DNA of 64,000 bases from an uncultured Trueperaceae bacterium (GCA_963815215.1 CAWFFU010000003.1:768001-832000); one strand, 5' to 3'; shown: positions 31,065 through 42,781, counted from the first letter of the stretch. The notes: generated from the sequence alone by a model not told the origin. Numbers and translations are program-made.

Positions 31065-31213
31065 GCGGCGTCCCGGGCGCGACGGCGGTACACTAGCCGC
31101 AGCACCGTTCCCGCGGGGCGTTCGGCCTTCCAGAGGGGTCCGTCCCCGCCCCGTGGGCCCGACAGGACGCCATCGCGGCGGCGACCGTGCCGCCCGCGTG
31201 AACGAGGTGACAC

Positions 31214-32767
31214 ATGACCGCACCCGTCAAGCCCGTGGCTCTGTTCATCCTGGACGGCTTCGGCCTCGCCCCCGCCGGTCCCAGCAACGCCGTCTCCCTG
31301 GCGCGCACGCCGACGTTCGACCGCATCTGGCGGGACTACCCGCACACTGAGCTGGCCGCCTCCGGCCGTGCGGTGGGCCTGCCGGAGGGGCAGATGGGCA
31401 ACAGCGAGGTCGGCCACCTCAACCTCGGCGGCGGGCGCGTCGTGATGCAGAGCCTGAGCTTCATCCAGAACGCCATCGACGACGGTAGCTTCTTCGAGAA
31501 CCCGGTCCTGACCGAGACCTTCGACGCGGCCAAGGGACACGCTCTGCACCTGATGGGGCTGGTGAGCAACGGCGGCGTCCATTCCGACCTCCGGCACCTC
31601 TTCGCGCTGCTCGAGCTCGCCAGGCGGCGGGGCACCGCGCCGGTCTACCTCCACGTCTTCACCGACGGCCGCGACACCCCACCGGACAGCGGCCGCGGCT
31701 TCGTGGCCGAGCTCGAGGAGCGGGTCGCGCAACTCGGCTCCGGGGCGGCGCTGGCCAGCGTGTCCGGCCGCTACTACGCCATGGACCGCGACAAGCGCTG
31801 GGAGCGAACCCGGCTGGCCTACGAGGCAGTCGTTTGCGGGCGTTCCGAGCACACCGCGCACAGCGGCTCCGAGGCGGTGGCGCAGGCGTACGCACGGGGA
31901 GAGACCGACGAGTTCATCCTCCCTACCGTGATCACCGACCAGGAGGGCGTGCCGCTCGGCGAGATGCGCGACGGCGACGCGGCGGTGTTCTTCAACTTCC
32001 GAGCCGATCGTGCCCGTCAGCTCACCTACGCCCTGCTGGGCGGACCGGACTGGGACGGCTTCGAACGCTGCCGTCGGCCGCGCCTGAGGTACGCCTCGCT
32101 GATGCAGTACGACCGGGACGTCGACGCGCCCTTCGCCTTCGAGCTGCCCGCCGTAGAGCACGCTCTCGGCGAGGTCGTGAGCGAGGCCGGCCTGCGCCAG
32201 TACCACACCGCCGAGACCGAGAAGTACGCGCATGTGACCTACTTCTTCAATGCCAAGCGCGAGGACCCGTACCCGGGCGAGGAGCGCAAGCTGGTGCCGT
32301 CTCCCAAGGTGGCCACCTACGATCTCCAGCCGCAGATGAGCGCCCCTGAGCTCACCGATGCCACCGTCGCGCGCCTGGAGCAAGCCGATGACGACTTCCT
32401 GCTGCTCAACTACGCCAACCCCGACATGGTCGGGCACACCGGCGTGCTGCGCGCCGCCGTCGCAGCGTGCGAGGCCGCCGACACCGGCCTGGGCCGGCTC
32501 CTGGAGGCGCTGCTGGCCAAGGGTGGCGCCGCCATCATCCTCGCCGACCACGGCAACGCCGAGGTCATGGCCGAGGCCGACGGCAGCCCCCACACCGCCC
32601 ACACCACCAACCCGGTGCCCTGCGTGCTGGTGTGCGACGATCCGGAGCTCCGCGGGCGGACCCTGCGCAGCGGCGGAGTGCTCGGCGACGTCGCTCCCAC
32701 CCTGCTCGAGCTCCTCGGCCTCGATCAGCCCGCCGAGATGACCGGCCGCAGCCTGCTCCAGCCCTAG
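31214..32767 (+). CDS. gpmI: 2,3-bisphosphoglycerate-independent phosphoglycerate mutase
   Basis: ILDGFG, GNSEVGH, DGRD, GRYYAMDRD, AETEKYAHVT, NPDMVGHTG, DHGN. Confidence 0.97.
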   Translation: MTAPVKPVALFILDGFGLAPAGPSNAVSLARTPTFDRIWRDYPHTELAASGRAVGLPEGQMGNSEVGHLNLGGGRVVMQSLSFIQNAIDDGSFFENPVLTETFDAAKGHALHLMGLVSNGGVHSDLRHLFALLELARRRGTAPVYLHVFTDGRDTPPDSGRGFVAELEERVAQLGSGAALASVSGRYYAMDRDKRWERTRLAYEAVVCGRSEHTAHSGSEAVAQAYARGETDEFILPTVITDQEGVPLGEMRDGDAAVFFNFRADRARQLTYALLGGPDWDGFERCRRPRLRYASLMQYDRDVDAPFAFELPAVEHALGEVVSEAGLRQYHTAETEKYAHVTYFFNAKREDPYPGEERKLVPSPKVATYDLQPQMSAPELTDATVARLEQADDDFLLLNYANPDMVGHTGVLRAAVAACEAADTGLGRLLEALLAKGGAAIILADHGNAEVMAEADGSPHTAHTTNPVPCVLVCDDPELRGRTLRSGGVLGDVAPTLLELLGLDQPAEMTGRSLLQP

Positions 32768-34038
32768 CGCACTTCGGTCGCGCGGACGGCGCGCGGTCGA
32801 CCCAACGGCAGGTCGAACAGGGGCACGAGCATCTCGTCGGCTTCGAGCGAACCGTGCATGCCCAGCAACACCGTGCCGGGATCATCGGGCCACACAGACG
32901 CGGCGCCGCGCGCCAGCACCACCGCGTCCCCCACCCTGTCGACCGCCTCCGGATGGAGGCGGTCGGGCTCGCCGTACAGGCCCGCCCCGAGCGCCTCGCG
33001 CCCATCGACCACCAGGAAGTCCGGGCCGAGCGCTTCCTCCAGGGCCGCCAGAAGCTCCCGCTTCGCCCCGTGGCGCGCGTAGAGGTAGAGGTGGCGCGCC
33101 TCCCCTCCCGGCGGGTAGGCCAGCAGTGGCCCCACGCCGTCGAGCTCGGAGAGCAGCCTGCGCTCCTCCACCGGCGTCGCAACGAGCCCGTGATCGGCGG
33201 TGACCAGCAGCCGCGGAGCGCAGCCCGGCCACGGCCGCATGCCCTCGAGCCAGGCCTCGAGCGTCGTGAGCATGCCGTCCAACACGCGCTCCCACCCCTC
33301 GGTCCCGGGGCCTTCCCGGTGGCTGACGGTATCGAGGTCGGGTGTGTAGACGTAGGCGAAACCGCGGGGGGTGGACCGGAGGAACCGTTCGGCGGCCTGG
33401 AGCCCCGTCGCGAGATCTGGCAGGCCGCGGGGCGTCGCGCCCCGGAACTGCAGCCGCGACAACGGACTCCTTGCGATCGAAGCGGGCAGGAACGCGGCCG
33501 ACGGCACCCCTCCCCCCTCGAGGACCTCGAACAGCGAGGGCGTCTCCAGGAAGGTCTCGGGGCGCATGCCGGGCCGCTCGAGCCCGCGCTCCTCACCGGG
33601 AACTGTCCAGAACAGCATGTTGCCTACCAGCCCGAGGCGCGGCAGGCGTTGCGTGAAGCCCAGCATGCCGCTCTCCGCCGGCGCCGCGCCATTGCCCAGC
33701 AGCGCAGTGGTGGCCACGCTGGTGGTCGACGGTAGCACCGACGTCAGCGTCGTGGCGCGACCCCCGAAAGCTTCTACCAGTCCCTCGAGGCGGCCGCGGG
33801 GACCGGGTCGGCGCTCCAGGGCGCGCAACCCCAGCCCGTCGATCACCAGCAGCAGCACGTGCGACGCCCCGATGCCGTCGGACCCGCGTGCGGCCGCCAG
33901 CGGCGGCGCGGCCCAGCCGCCGCTCACGCCCAGCAGGCGTCCCACCGTGACCGGAAGGTTGACCAGCGAACCACCCCGGTAGTCGGGAGCCACGAAGGTA
34001 GGCACACGTTGGGCCAGCCGCGCGAGGACCGAGCTCAT
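32764..34038 (-). CDS. Alkaline phosphatase/nucleotide pyrophosphatase-superfamily protein
   Basis: LLVIDGLG, PSTT, D..SH..G, TADHG, GMHGSL..EM.VP. TATCGT lies 6 nt before ATG 34038. Confidence 0.85.
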   Translation of the reverse strand: MSSVLARLAQRVPTFVAPDYRGGSLVNLPVTVGRLLGVSGGWAAPPLAAARGSDGIGASHVLLLVIDGLGLRALERRPGPRGRLEGLVEAFGGRATTLTSVLPSTTSVATTALLGNGAAPAESGMLGFTQRLPRLGLVGNMLFWTVPGEERGLERPGMRPETFLETPSLFEVLEGGGVPSAAFLPASIARSPLSRLQFRGATPRGLPDLATGLQAAERFLRSTPRGFAYVYTPDLDTVSHREGPGTEGWERVLDGMLTTLEAWLEGMRPWPGCAPRLLVTADHGLVATPVEERRLLSELDGVGPLLAYPPGGEARHLYLYARHGAKRELLAALEEALGPDFLVVDGREALGAGLYGEPDRLHPEAVDRVGDAVVLARGAASVWPDDPGTVLLGMHGSLEADEMLVPLFDLPLGRPRAVRATEVR

Positions 34039-34094
34039 GCCGCGACGATACTGCGCCGCCCGGCCGGGCGCAGCGCGATCCGCCAACGACGGAA

Positions 34095-34124
34095 GCGGGG
34101 CGGCCCCTTCCGGGGCCGCCCCGC
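34095..34124 (-). terminator. groEL terminator hairpin
   Basis: 13-bp GC stem with a GGAA loop on the minus strand, downstream of the groEL stop. Confidence 0.7.
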
Positions 34125-34168
34125 CAACTCGGCGAGCGCGAGACGCGCTCGTCAACGGTTTGCCTAGC

Positions 34169-35842
<1,674 letters not shown>

Positions 35843-36151
35843 TCACTCGACGACGGCGTGGATGTCGCGCTGACTGAGGATCATCAGCTCCTTGGCGCCG
35901 AGGCTGACCTCGGTGCCACCGTACTTGGCGAACACCACCGTGTCGCCGACCTTCACTTCCATGGGCTCGCGCTCACCGCTGTCGAGCACCTTGCCCGGGC
36001 CGACGGCCAGGACCTTGCCGCGCTGGCTCTTCTCCTTCGCCGTATCGGGAAGGACGATCCCGCTCGCCGTGGTCTGAGGCTCGTCGATCACCTCGACGAC
36101 GACCTTGTCACCGAGCGGCTTCAATGTCATCTTCTCCTCGGTCACTGCCAT
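35843..36151 (-). CDS. groES: Co-chaperonin GroES
   Basis: [29 protein letters not shown]. Confidence 0.98.
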   Translation of the reverse strand: MAVTEEKMTLKPLGDKVVVEVIDEPQTTASGIVLPDTAKEKSQRGKVLAVGPGKVLDSGEREPMEVKVGDTVVFAKYGGTEVSLGAKELMILSQRDIHAVVE

Positions 36152-36202
36152 AGTTTCCTCCGTGTCGGATAAGGTTCCCTTGTGGGTTGGGTCTCCATGA
36201 GA

Positions 36203-36229
36203 TTAGCACTCACGCGGCGTGAGTGCTAA
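36203..36229. promoter_or_regulatory. CIRCE element (HrcA operator)
   Basis: Exact consensus TTAGCACTC-N9-GAGTGCTAA. Confidence 0.97.
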
Positions 36230-36237
36230 CTGCGGAC

Positions 36238-36266
36238 ATCGTATCCGCGCGGATACCCGTTGTCAA
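36238..36266 (-). promoter_or_regulatory. groESL promoter TTGACA-17-TACGAT
   Basis: Consensus -35 and near-consensus -10 on the minus strand, just upstream of CIRCE. Confidence 0.85.
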
Positions 36267-36416
36267 GGACCTTGAGCGCCTGGCACTCAGGTTTTCCGCA
36301 CCGTCCCACCCTACCGTTTCGCGCTCCGCGGCACAAGGCCATCGGCGACAACGCCGCTCGCCCCGGCGTGGCGCCCGGTCGCGGACCGCCGACGCAGTCC
36401 TGGCGGGGAGCGCCGC

Positions 36417-36746
36417 TCAGCCGCGCTTCAGGCCCCACACCAAGGCAGGCACGAACGCCGCGGCGAAGGCGATGTTGTACGTCAGCAACGACAGGACCGT
36501 GTGCCACGCGCCACCCAGCGCGTTCGGCGTCAGCATGGGGTCGACGCTGCTCTGCACCACACCCCAGTTGATCGAGATGAAGCCGTAATAGGCCAGCACC
36601 TGCACCACCACGAACAGGAGGCCGACGGCGACTGCCATCAGTTTGCCGACCTTCTTCAGCGCGAAGCCCGCGGCGAAGCCGGCCACCGCGCCGAACCCCA
36701 GCTGCCCCACGAACGGGAACACGGTCTGCAGATCCGGGCTCTGCAC
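36417..36746 (-). CDS. FUN14-family membrane protein
   Basis: GQLGFGAVAGFAAGFALKKVGK...GFISINW. TACGCT lies 6 nt before GTG 36746. Confidence 0.8.
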   Translation of the reverse strand: MQSPDLQTVFPFVGQLGFGAVAGFAAGFALKKVGKLMAVAVGLLFVVVQVLAYYGFISINWGVVQSSVDPMLTPNALGGAWHTVLSLLTYNIAFAAAFVPALVWGLKRG

Positions 36747-36821
36747 GGCCCGAGCGTAGCACGACCCGCGGCGGCGCGGGGACGGCGGGGACGGGGCGGA
36801 GGCCTGAGGTAAGATGGCCGC

Positions 36822-37775
36822 GTGAGCCTGTACATCGCCCCGCCGATCCGAGAGGCCCTGCACGCCGGGCAACCCGTGGTGGCCCTGGAGTCCACGGTAG
36901 TGACGCACGGCCTGCCGCGCCCTCGGAACCTCGCCCTCGCCCGCCGCCTGGAGCAGGTCGTCCGGCAGGCGGGCGCGACACCGGCGACGGTCGCCGTGGT
37001 GGACGGCGAGCTCGTGGTGGGGATCGACGACGCGGCCCTGGAGCGCCTGGCGCACGATGACGCCGCCGACAAGGCCTCGCTCTGGAACCTCGCCGCCCTG
37101 GTCGGGCGCGGAGCCAGCGCCGGGACCACCGTCGCCGTCACCGTCTACGCCGCCGCCCGCGCCGGTATCCCGGTGTTCGCCACCGGGGGCATCGGCGGCG
37201 TTCACGAGCAACCGTTCGATGAGTCCGCCGATCTCGGCGCCCTCGCCCGCTACCCGGTCCTGACGGTGTGCGCCGGGCCCAAGAGCATCCTGGACGCGGC
37301 GGCCACGCTGGAGCGCCTCGAGAGCCTCGGCGTCCCCGTGGTGGGGTTCCGCTCCGCGAGGCTGGCGGGCTTCGTCGTCTCCGAGGTCGACCTCCCCTTG
37401 CCCGCGCGGGTGGACACGCCCCGCGAGGCCGCCCACGTGCTGCTCGCCCAGCGCGCGCTCCACCTCGGGGCCGGCGTGGTGCTCAGCAATCCGGTGTCGG
37501 ACGGCCTCGAAGCGGCCGACTTCGCGCTCTGGCTGGACCAGGCGCGCGAAGATCTGCGGGCCAGCGGCATCCGCGGGCGCGCCACTACGCCGTACCTGCT
37601 GGCGCGTCTGGCGGAGCTGTCGGGGGGCGCGACGCTCGAGGTCAACCTGCGGCTGCTGGAGGAGAACGCCCGCCTGGCCGCGGCCGTGGCCGTGGAGCTG
37701 TCTCGAGTGGAGACGTCCGGCCCCGCCGCACCGACGCCTGCCGCAGGCGTCGGTGCCTCGGGAGGATTCGCATGA
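36822..37775 (+). CDS. psuG: Pseudouridine-5'-phosphate glycosidase
   Basis: VVALESTVVTHGLPRP, GTTVA, FATGGIGGVH, DESADL, GPKSILD, TPYLL. Confidence 0.92.
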   Translation: MSLYIAPPIREALHAGQPVVALESTVVTHGLPRPRNLALARRLEQVVRQAGATPATVAVVDGELVVGIDDAALERLAHDDAADKASLWNLAALVGRGASAGTTVAVTVYAAARAGIPVFATGGIGGVHEQPFDESADLGALARYPVLTVCAGPKSILDAAATLERLESLGVPVVGFRSARLAGFVVSEVDLPLPARVDTPREAAHVLLAQRALHLGAGVVLSNPVSDGLEAADFALWLDQAREDLRASGIRGRATTPYLLARLAELSGGATLEVNLRLLEENARLAAAVAVELSRVETSGPAAPTPAAGVGASGGFA

Positions 37776-38947
37776 GCGAGCGCGATGTCAACGCTCAGAG
37801 CGCAGTCCCTGGGAGCGAACGTCCTCCGGGCGGCCGCCCCCAGGGACTGGGCGACATGCTGGTGGAGGCCCGCCAACGCAAGGCGTTGGAGCTCTCCGAC
37901 GTCGCCGAGCTGACGCACGTCCGGCTGGAGTACCTGCGGGCGCTCGAGGAGGGGCGTTACCAGGATCTTCCGGAGGACGTCTACAGTCGCAACTACGTCA
38001 AACTCTACGCCCAGGCCGTGGGCCTCGACGAGGCGGCGGTGCTCGACAGTTACGGCCGCGAACGCCGGCGTGCGGTGGGCATGTCTACCCTGGAGCAGCG
38101 CCTCGAGCAGGAGCGCCGCGGCGAAGTCCCGGCCCGAGACCGACGCCCGGGCTTGCCGTTCGGCACCCTGCTACCCACGTTGCTGCTGGTGGTGGTGCTG
38201 GTGGGGCTGGCGGTGTGGGGCTTCAACAGTCTGCTGTTCCGCCCCACGCGCCCTCCGGCCGTCACTCTGGGTGCCAACGGGCCGACGTCGACGACGTCCG
38301 CGCCGAACGGCGCCGGCTCCGGCGCTCCGGCCGGCACGAGCTCCGGCGGCGCCTCCACTCCGGCGGGCGCGAGTACTGGCGCCGGCTCCACGCCGGCTGG
38401 CGTGGTAGGAGATGCCGTCCAGTCCCGCACCGTCCAGGTCACCATCGACACCCAGCCGCCCGGTGCCAGCGTCAGCATCGACGGCTTCGCGCTCCCCGGC
38501 ACCACGCCCATCCGGGACGCTCCGGTGACCGCTCGGGAGGGCCGGCAGGTCGAGATCACCCTCCCCGGCTACCAGCCCGAGGTGACGACGGTGAACCTCA
38601 CGCGTGACCGGTCGCTGAGCTACACGTTGACGCCTACGCCGCAGGCACAGGCACCTGCGCCGGGACCATCGGGCGCCTCCGTCACACCGACGTCGGTCGG
38701 ACCCAAGCAGATCGGGATCAACATCACGGCCCGCACCTGGCTCGAGGTCTACCAGAGCACCACCCGCAACCAGGGCAACCGGTTGGTCTACGCCACGGTG
38801 GACGCCGGTCAACACTACGTCTTCGATCTCCCCGTCTACCTCCACGTCGGCAACGCCGCCGGCGTGGACGTGGTTCTCCGCGGTCAGGACCTCGGCGCCA
38901 TGGGCTCGCCGGGCGCGGTCGTGAGCCGCGCCTTCCCGGCACCGTGA
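37772..38947 (+). CDS. rodZ: RodZ-like protein (HTH, TM, low-complexity linker, PEGA-like and DUF4115 domains)
   Basis: LG.ML..AR..LE..YLRALEEG..LPEDVYSR.Y HTH, single TM, TQPPGASVSIDG, TWLEV..GNAAGV. Confidence 0.75.
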   Translation: MSERDVNAQSAVPGSERPPGGRPQGLGDMLVEARQRKALELSDVAELTHVRLEYLRALEEGRYQDLPEDVYSRNYVKLYAQAVGLDEAAVLDSYGRERRRAVGMSTLEQRLEQERRGEVPARDRRPGLPFGTLLPTLLLVVVLVGLAVWGFNSLLFRPTRPPAVTLGANGPTSTTSAPNGAGSGAPAGTSSGGASTPAGASTGAGSTPAGVVGDAVQSRTVQVTIDTQPPGASVSIDGFALPGTTPIRDAPVTAREGRQVEITLPGYQPEVTTVNLTRDRSLSYTLTPTPQAQAPAPGPSGASVTPTSVGPKQIGINITARTWLEVYQSTTRNQGNRLVYATVDAGQHYVFDLPVYLHVGNAAGVDVVLRGQDLGAMGSPGAVVSRAFPAP

Positions 38948-38954
38948 TGACGCC

Positions 38955-40766
38955 GTGATCTCCTCCGCCCTGTCGCCGTCAGCAGGCCGCTGGCGCCGTC
39001 TCGCGGTGATCCTGTTGGCCGTGCTGGCGGGCGTTGGCGCGGCCCAGAGCTACCGTTGGCACGACGTCGTTCAGGACGTCACCCTGCAGCCCGACGGCGC
39101 CGTGGTGGTGCGCGACACCCGCACGCTCAGCACCAGCGGGGACTTCGGGGAGGCGTTCATCTGCGTCGGGCACGGGCGCGCGCAGACGGTGACGATGCTT
39201 CCCGGCACGGAGGCGCTGGGCTCCGGCCCGGAGGCGCGCGCCTACAGCCAACCCTGCGACGGTGGCACCGAAGTGGTCGTGCACATGAGCAGCCGCATCT
39301 CCGAGCGCCGGGTGCGTTTCGTCTACCGCGTGAGCGGCAGCATGGACGCCTATAGCGACGTGGTGCAGTGGTACTGGAACCTCGTGCAGCTCGACCACCC
39401 CACGATCCTCGGCTACCACCTGACGGTGCACGCCCCGGGTCCGATGGCCGCGCCTTACGACGCCTACGTCCATCGCTACGCCAACCCCGAGACACCCACC
39501 GTGAGCCTGTCGGACGATCGCAGCACCCTGAGCGTCGCCTTCGACCGCATCCCCAGCGGTGACGGCGTCGAGGTGCGTTACCTGATGGATCCCGCGCTGT
39601 TCACGCTGCAAGGCTCGGCCCCCGGCATGAAGCGGCTGCTGCAGGACGAGACCCGCATCGTCGGCGCGCAGCGCCGCCAGCGTGCGCTCGAGCGCGTCCG
39701 CTCCAGCGCGCTCTGGGGGTTGGTACCTCTCGCCGTGCTGCTGTGGCTGGGCAGCGGCGTGTGGCGCGATTATCGCCGGTACGGCCGTGAGCCACGGGTG
39801 GCCTCGATGAAGTACCCGTTCGAACCTCCCAGCGACCTGCCGCCCGCGGCGGTCTGCGCGATCCGCATGCAGACGTTCAACGCCTCGTCGATGGGTCCCG
39901 CCTTCTTCGCCACCATCATGGACCTGGCGCGCCGCGGCTACGGCTCGTTCACCCCGAAGGGCAGGCGCTTCGAGATGCGTCTCGATCCGACCAAGTCGAC
40001 CGACGGGCTCGAGCCGTTCGAGCGCGACGTGCTGGGTTACCTGCAGAGCGCCGCCAAGACCCACCGTCGGGGCGACCCGGACTATCTCGAGTTCAACGAG
40101 CTCAAGGCTTACTCCAAGCGCCACGGGCAGACCTTCGTGCGCGCTTGGGGGCCGAAGGTGCGCGATTGGCTGGAGACGCGGCGCGGAGGACCGCTCGTCA
40201 GCGCGCAGAGCCGACGGGCGACGCGCCGCTGGAGCGTCTTGGCGATCCTGATGGCGGCCCTGTTGGGTGGCGGCGCGTTCCTCGCCCACGGCACCGCGCG
40301 CGGCCTGTTCATCGCCGGAGCCGCGCTGGCCGTGGGCCTGGCCATCACGGCGGTCGCCAGCCTGCCGGCCTGGCGCGAGGAGGTCGCACCCGAGATCTAC
40401 GGCTGGAACGGCTTCAAGCGCACGCTGACCGACTACACACGCATGAAGGACGCTCCGCTCGACTTCTTCGGGCTGTGGGACGTCTACTACTGCTACGCTG
40501 CCGCGCTCGGCGTATCCGCCCGCTACCTCAAGACGCTCGCTCGCGCCGCGCCGCTGGCGGGCGCCGATCAGGGCGCCATGGTGAGCCGCGGCGCCTGGCT
40601 CGGCGCCCACGCCGGAAGCGGCATCACCGATCTGGCCTCCATGTCGGCACAGATCCAATCGCTCTCCAGCGCGCTGGCGTCGGCGTCGGCATCGGCGTCG
40701 TCGGGCGGCTCGTCCTCCGGCGGGGGCGGCGGTGGCGGGGGTGGCGGCAGCTCGGGCGGACGCTGA
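38955..40766 (+). CDS. DUF2207-family membrane protein
   Basis: Signal peptide, YWN, PP.DLPPA, ATIMDLARRG, YAAALG and Gly/Ser tail SSSGG..GGGGGG. Confidence 0.85.
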   Translation: MISSALSPSAGRWRRLAVILLAVLAGVGAAQSYRWHDVVQDVTLQPDGAVVVRDTRTLSTSGDFGEAFICVGHGRAQTVTMLPGTEALGSGPEARAYSQPCDGGTEVVVHMSSRISERRVRFVYRVSGSMDAYSDVVQWYWNLVQLDHPTILGYHLTVHAPGPMAAPYDAYVHRYANPETPTVSLSDDRSTLSVAFDRIPSGDGVEVRYLMDPALFTLQGSAPGMKRLLQDETRIVGAQRRQRALERVRSSALWGLVPLAVLLWLGSGVWRDYRRYGREPRVASMKYPFEPPSDLPPAAVCAIRMQTFNASSMGPAFFATIMDLARRGYGSFTPKGRRFEMRLDPTKSTDGLEPFERDVLGYLQSAAKTHRRGDPDYLEFNELKAYSKRHGQTFVRAWGPKVRDWLETRRGGPLVSAQSRRATRRWSVLAILMAALLGGGAFLAHGTARGLFIAGAALAVGLAITAVASLPAWREEVAPEIYGWNGFKRTLTDYTRMKDAPLDFFGLWDVYYCYAAALGVSARYLKTLARAAPLAGADQGAMVSRGAWLGAHAGSGITDLASMSAQIQSLSSALASASASASSGGSSSGGGGGGGGGGSSGGR

Positions 40767-40875
40767 CGCCGAGCCGATCCTCCGGCCCGGCGCCGTGAGG
40801 GTCCCGAGCACCGTCGCGGTAGGATCGTCGGCGTGCCGCCCGGCGCGGAGCCCGGTGGCACGGAAGGAGACCGAC

Positions 40876-41286
40876 ATGAGCGCAAGTCGAAGCGTGCGCA
40901 GCGCCGGCCTGGGGCCGCGCGCCACCGCCGTGTGGGGCGCCTCGCTGGCCGGGCTCGCGGTGGTGTTCGGGGCGTTCGGCGTGCATGCGCTCGCTCCGCT
41001 GCTGGGTACCGAGCGCATGGGCGTGTGGGAGACGGCGGTTCGGTTCCAGATGTACCACGCGCTGGGGTTGTTGCTGATCGCTGCTCTGCCCCGCAGCAGT
41101 CGGCTGGCAGCGCTCTTGCTGCTGGTGGGCTCGCTGATCTTCTCCGGCAGCCTGTACTTGCTGGTGCTGACCGGCGTCACCGTGCTGGGCGCCGTCACAC
41201 CGCTCGGGGGCCTGTTGCAGATCGTGGGCTGGGCGCTCCTGGCCGTGAGCCTGGCACGCCGCTCGGACGACGCGGCGGCCGGCTGA
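40876..41286 (+). CDS. DUF423/YgdD membrane protein
   Basis: GAFGVHAL, WETAVRFQMYHALG, FSGSLY, GAVTPLGG. SD AAGGAG. Confidence 0.9.
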   Translation: MSASRSVRSAGLGPRATAVWGASLAGLAVVFGAFGVHALAPLLGTERMGVWETAVRFQMYHALGLLLIAALPRSSRLAALLLLVGSLIFSGSLYLLVLTGVTVLGAVTPLGGLLQIVGWALLAVSLARRSDDAAAG

Positions 41287-41306
41287 GGGACGCCTCCGGG
41301 CGCGCC

Positions 41307-42662
41307 TCAGCCGGCCGCCGGCGGCAGCGTGGCCTCGGCCGCCTCGAGCGTCGCGCCCAGGACGATGCTGCGGTAGACGTCGAAGGAGCGCTTGGGGGTA
41401 CGGCTCTGCGTGGCGCGATCGAGGTGCACCAGCCCGAAGCGCTTGCTGAACCCCTCGGCCCACTCGAAGTTGTCCACCAGCGTCCAGGCGAAGTAGCCGC
41501 GAACGTCACAGCCGGCCTCCAGCGCCGCCTGCAGCGCGCGGAGGTGGCGGACCAGATAGCGGGCGCGCGCCTCGTCCTCCACCCGTCCCTCCGCGTCGGG
41601 AACGTCCTGGAAGGCCGCGCCGTTCTCGGTGATCACGACCGGAGGATTGCCATAGCGGTCCCGAAGCTCGGCCAGCTGCCCGACCAGCGCATCGGGCGCG
41701 ACCTCCCAGCCCATGGCGGTGGTCTCGGCACCGGCAGGCGGATCGACCTGCTCGAGCCCTACCAGGCTCGCCTCGCTGGCACGCACCCAGGCGCGGCTGT
41801 AGAAGTTGACACCCAGTACGTCGATCGGCTGCTGGATGAGGCGGATGTCGTCGGGGTCGGCGATCCCATCGAGCAACCAGGCGGCCGCCTCCGGGTAGCT
41901 CCCCAGCAGGAGCGGATCGAGGGTCGTCCGGTTCCACACGGCGTCGAGCAGCGCCGCGGCGCGCTCGTGCTCCTCTCCGTCCTCCGCCGGCAGCACCGGC
42001 TGCAGGTTCACGATGGTCCCCAGGGTGAACGCGGCGTCGACGTCGCGCAGCCGCGCCAGGCCCGCTCCGGCCGCCAGGTTCTGGTGGTGGAGGGCCGCCG
42101 CGAACGCCGCCGGATCGCTCACGCCGGGCGCGTGGACGCCGAGCAGGTGCCCGAGCACCGCGTGGACGTTGGGCTCGTTGAGCATCAGCAGGTGACGGAC
42201 CCGATCGCCGAGATGCTCGGCCACCGCCGCAGCGTAGTCGACGAAGTAGTGCACCGTGTCGCGCGCCGCCCAGCCCCCGCGATCCTGCAACGCCTGAGGC
42301 AGATCCCAATGGTACAGACACAGCCACGGCTCGATGCCGCGCGCCAGCAGACCATCCACCAGGCGCTCGTAGGGGTCGAGCCCGGCCCGCCTCAGGCGCC
42401 CGCTCCCGTCCGGGAACAGGCGCGTCCAAGCGGTCGAGAACCGGTAGGCACCCACCCCGAGCCGGGCCATCAGGTCGAGGTCCTCATCGAGACGCGCCAG
42501 ATGGTCGCAGGCGTCGTCGCCGTTACTGCCGTCGACGATGCGACCGGGAACGTGCGCGAAGGTGTCCCAGATGCTCAGGCCCTTGCCGTCGCCCACCGCA
42601 CCCTCGATCTGGTAAGCGGCGGTCGACACGCCCCAAGTGAACTCGGACGGGAATGTTGCCAC
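41307..42662 (-). CDS. GH1 beta-glucosidase
   Basis: FTWGVSTAAYQIEG, YRFS, LYHWDLP, NEP, ITENG, DNFEWAEG. Confidence 0.95.
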   Translation of the reverse strand: MATFPSEFTWGVSTAAYQIEGAVGDGKGLSIWDTFAHVPGRIVDGSNGDDACDHLARLDEDLDLMARLGVGAYRFSTAWTRLFPDGSGRLRRAGLDPYERLVDGLLARGIEPWLCLYHWDLPQALQDRGGWAARDTVHYFVDYAAAVAEHLGDRVRHLLMLNEPNVHAVLGHLLGVHAPGVSDPAAFAAALHHQNLAAGAGLARLRDVDAAFTLGTIVNLQPVLPAEDGEEHERAAALLDAVWNRTTLDPLLLGSYPEAAAWLLDGIADPDDIRLIQQPIDVLGVNFYSRAWVRASEASLVGLEQVDPPAGAETTAMGWEVAPDALVGQLAELRDRYGNPPVVITENGAAFQDVPDAEGRVEDEARARYLVRHLRALQAALEAGCDVRGYFAWTLVDNFEWAEGFSKRFGLVHLDRATQSRTPKRSFDVYRSIVLGATLEAAEATLPPAAG

Positions 42663-42781
42663 GCGGCCCCCTCTCGTCGAGCGACCACCCCACTGTACCA
42701 GCGCTGCGGGCCTCGGGCCGACGCGCGGAACGGCGACCTGGAGGGCGCGGGCCGCCACCGGCGCGGGGTACGATGGCGCCC

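Noticed and set aside
36280..36306. Second CIRCE upstream of the groES -35 box
   Set aside because: Only a degenerate left half-site (TGGCACTC) is present, with no matching right arm at 9 nt.
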